Assembly (NCBI GenBank): GCA_963801815.1
Contig: CAWDGJ010000003.1
Location: forward strand, 881,355 to 945,354
DNA length: 64,000 nucleotides
Direction: 5' to 3'
Origin: an uncultured Verrucomicrobiae bacterium
GTDB lineage: Bacteria > Verrucomicrobiota > Verrucomicrobiia > Chthoniobacterales > UBA10450
Shown here: piece after piece, positions 62,455 to 64,000 of the stretch
Position numbering within the stretch: position 1 is the stretch's first letter
How the letters are laid out: each line of letters starts with the position of its first letter
Translations under genes and position numbers: made by a program
The notes under the pieces: model-generated
Databases searched by the model: none
Told to the model about the DNA's origin: nothing
Seen by the model: only the letters and a program-made list of their open reading frames with translations

Positions 62455-64000
62455 ATGCCAAGATCAACCGTATCGCTTTCCTCGGGGATTATCTGCCTCG
62501 TCAATGCGGTATTGCGACATTTACTACGGACATCTGTGAGGCGGTCGCAGCCGAGTATCCTGATTGTGAATGCCTCGTAGGTGCGGTTAACGATCGTCCC
62601 GAAGGTTACGAATACTCGTCCCGCATCCGTTTTGAGATCGACGAAAAGGAGATCGACTCATACCGACGTGCGGCGGATTTCTTAAACATCAATAACGTCG
62701 AGGTCGTGTCGGTCCAACACGAGTTTGGGATCTACGGTGGACCGGCTGGAAGTCATCTGCTGGCTTTTTTGCGCGACGTGCACATGCCGGTCGTGACCAC
62801 GCTGCATACGGTGTTAGGTGAACCTAATGAGGCGCAACGCTCGGTTATGGAGCAGCTCGATGCCCTTTCCAATCGTTTCATCGTCATGGCTGAGCGGGCG
62901 CGCGAGCTGTTGAAGGAAGTTTACAGAGTGTCACCCGAGAAAATCGATCTCATCCCGCACGGGGTGCCCGATGTGCAGTTCATCGACCCGACTTTTCACA
63001 AGGATCAGTTCGGCGTCGAAGGCAAAACGGTGCTGCTCACCTTTGGACTTCTTTCACCGAACAAAGGCATCGAATATGTCATTGAAGCGTTACCGGCCAT
63101 TCTCGAAGCGCATCCGAATGTCGTTTACATCGTCCTCGGCGCGACCCATCCAAATCTTCTTTTGCGGGAAGGTGAATCTTACCGGCTAAAGCTGGAGCGT
63201 CTCGCGGAAGATCGGGGAGTGAGCGCAAATGTCATCTTTTACAATCGCTTCGTAACACTCCAGGAACTCACCGACTTTATCGGTGCGGCTGACATTTATA
63301 TCACGCCGTATCTCAACGAAGCGCAGATCACCTCCGGCACACTGGCTTATGCCTTCGGCGCAGGTAAGGCGGTGATTTCCACACCTTATCTTTACGCGCA
63401 GGAGTTACTCGCTCAGGAGCGCGGTATCCTCGTGCCTTTTCGCGATAGCGCTGCGATTGCCCAAGGAGTAACTCAATTTCTAGCCGATCCCGCGATGATG
63501 GCTGGCATGCGAAAACGTGCCTGGAAACTGGGGCGCGAAATGATCTGGCCCGTGGTAGCTCGCCGTTACGTGGAAAGCTTTGAGCATGCGCGCACCCGCT
63601 CAACTGGTTCGCCGCGCAAAGCCTTTGCGATTCTAACTCTGGGAAATCGTCCTTATGAACTTCCGCCGCTAAAACTCGATCATCTTTTCCGGATGACCGA
63701 CGATACCGGTATTTTCCAGCACGCCATTTTTAACGTGCCGAATTACCGCGAAGGCTATTGCACGGACGACAATGCCCGCGCGTTCATTCTTACCTTACTG
63801 CTTCCGGAGATGACCAGCCGCGTCGCGCAAGAGGACGTGGACCGCCTGGCCAGCACGTATCTCTCGTTCTTATGGGATGCGTTCGATCAGGAAGCGAACC
63901 GCTTTCGCAATTTCATGAGTCACCGCCGGGAATGGTTAGAACGCTTCGGTTCGGAGGATAGTCATGCACGCGCTCTGTGGGCGATTGGCATGGCGCAGGC
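62455..64000 (+). CDS. Glycosyltransferase family 4 with C-terminal extension, truncated by the window end (not in the ORF track)
   Basis: MPKINRIAFLGDYLPRQCGIATF, QHEFGIYGG, TTLHT, FGLLSPNKGIE, QITSGTL, then LFRMTDDTGIFQHA...GYCTDDNARA. Confidence 0.92.

Overview
Chromosomal window of a bacterium of moderately high GC. Gene content and protein style suggest Verrucomicrobiota, Chthoniobacterales-like, but this is inference only. It is mostly housekeeping: the end of the F1Fo ATP synthase operon (atpH'-A-G-D-C), lpxI, tRNA-Ala(GGC), a three-subunit Sdh1-type succinate dehydrogenase, pdxJ-acpS, metG-trmD, a fabF-like gene, clpB, namZ-lnt, a phosphomannomutase, sucC...sucD, a beta carbonic anhydrase, a sirtuin and a truncated GT4. 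atpG, metG and two aminotransferases carry single-base frameshifts that look like assembly indels. The most interesting signals lie outside the ORF track. (1) A four-helix-bundle (IVS/Avd-like) gene between sucC and sucD is bounded by a perfect 29-bp inverted repeat made of heptamers. An empty copy of the same element lies at ~41.0 kb and one arm is translated inside trmD. (2) A DUF2946/CutF-like Cys- and Pro-rich leader ORF ends in a perfect anti-Shine-Dalgarno for an unannotated 42-aa secreted CC-CC-CC mini-protein. A second unannotated secreted Cys-rich mini-protein lies 2 kb away, next to a His-rich permease. (3) At least five palindromic repeats are read in frame inside genes (clpB, lnt, ribD-like, a 3D-like gene, a spermidine-synthase fusion). 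(4) An integron gene cassette with an attC site but no integrase follows sucD. (5) A tRNA-linked structured repeat duplicates the tRNA-Ala 3' end. No CRISPR array, rRNA, transposase or integrase was seen.
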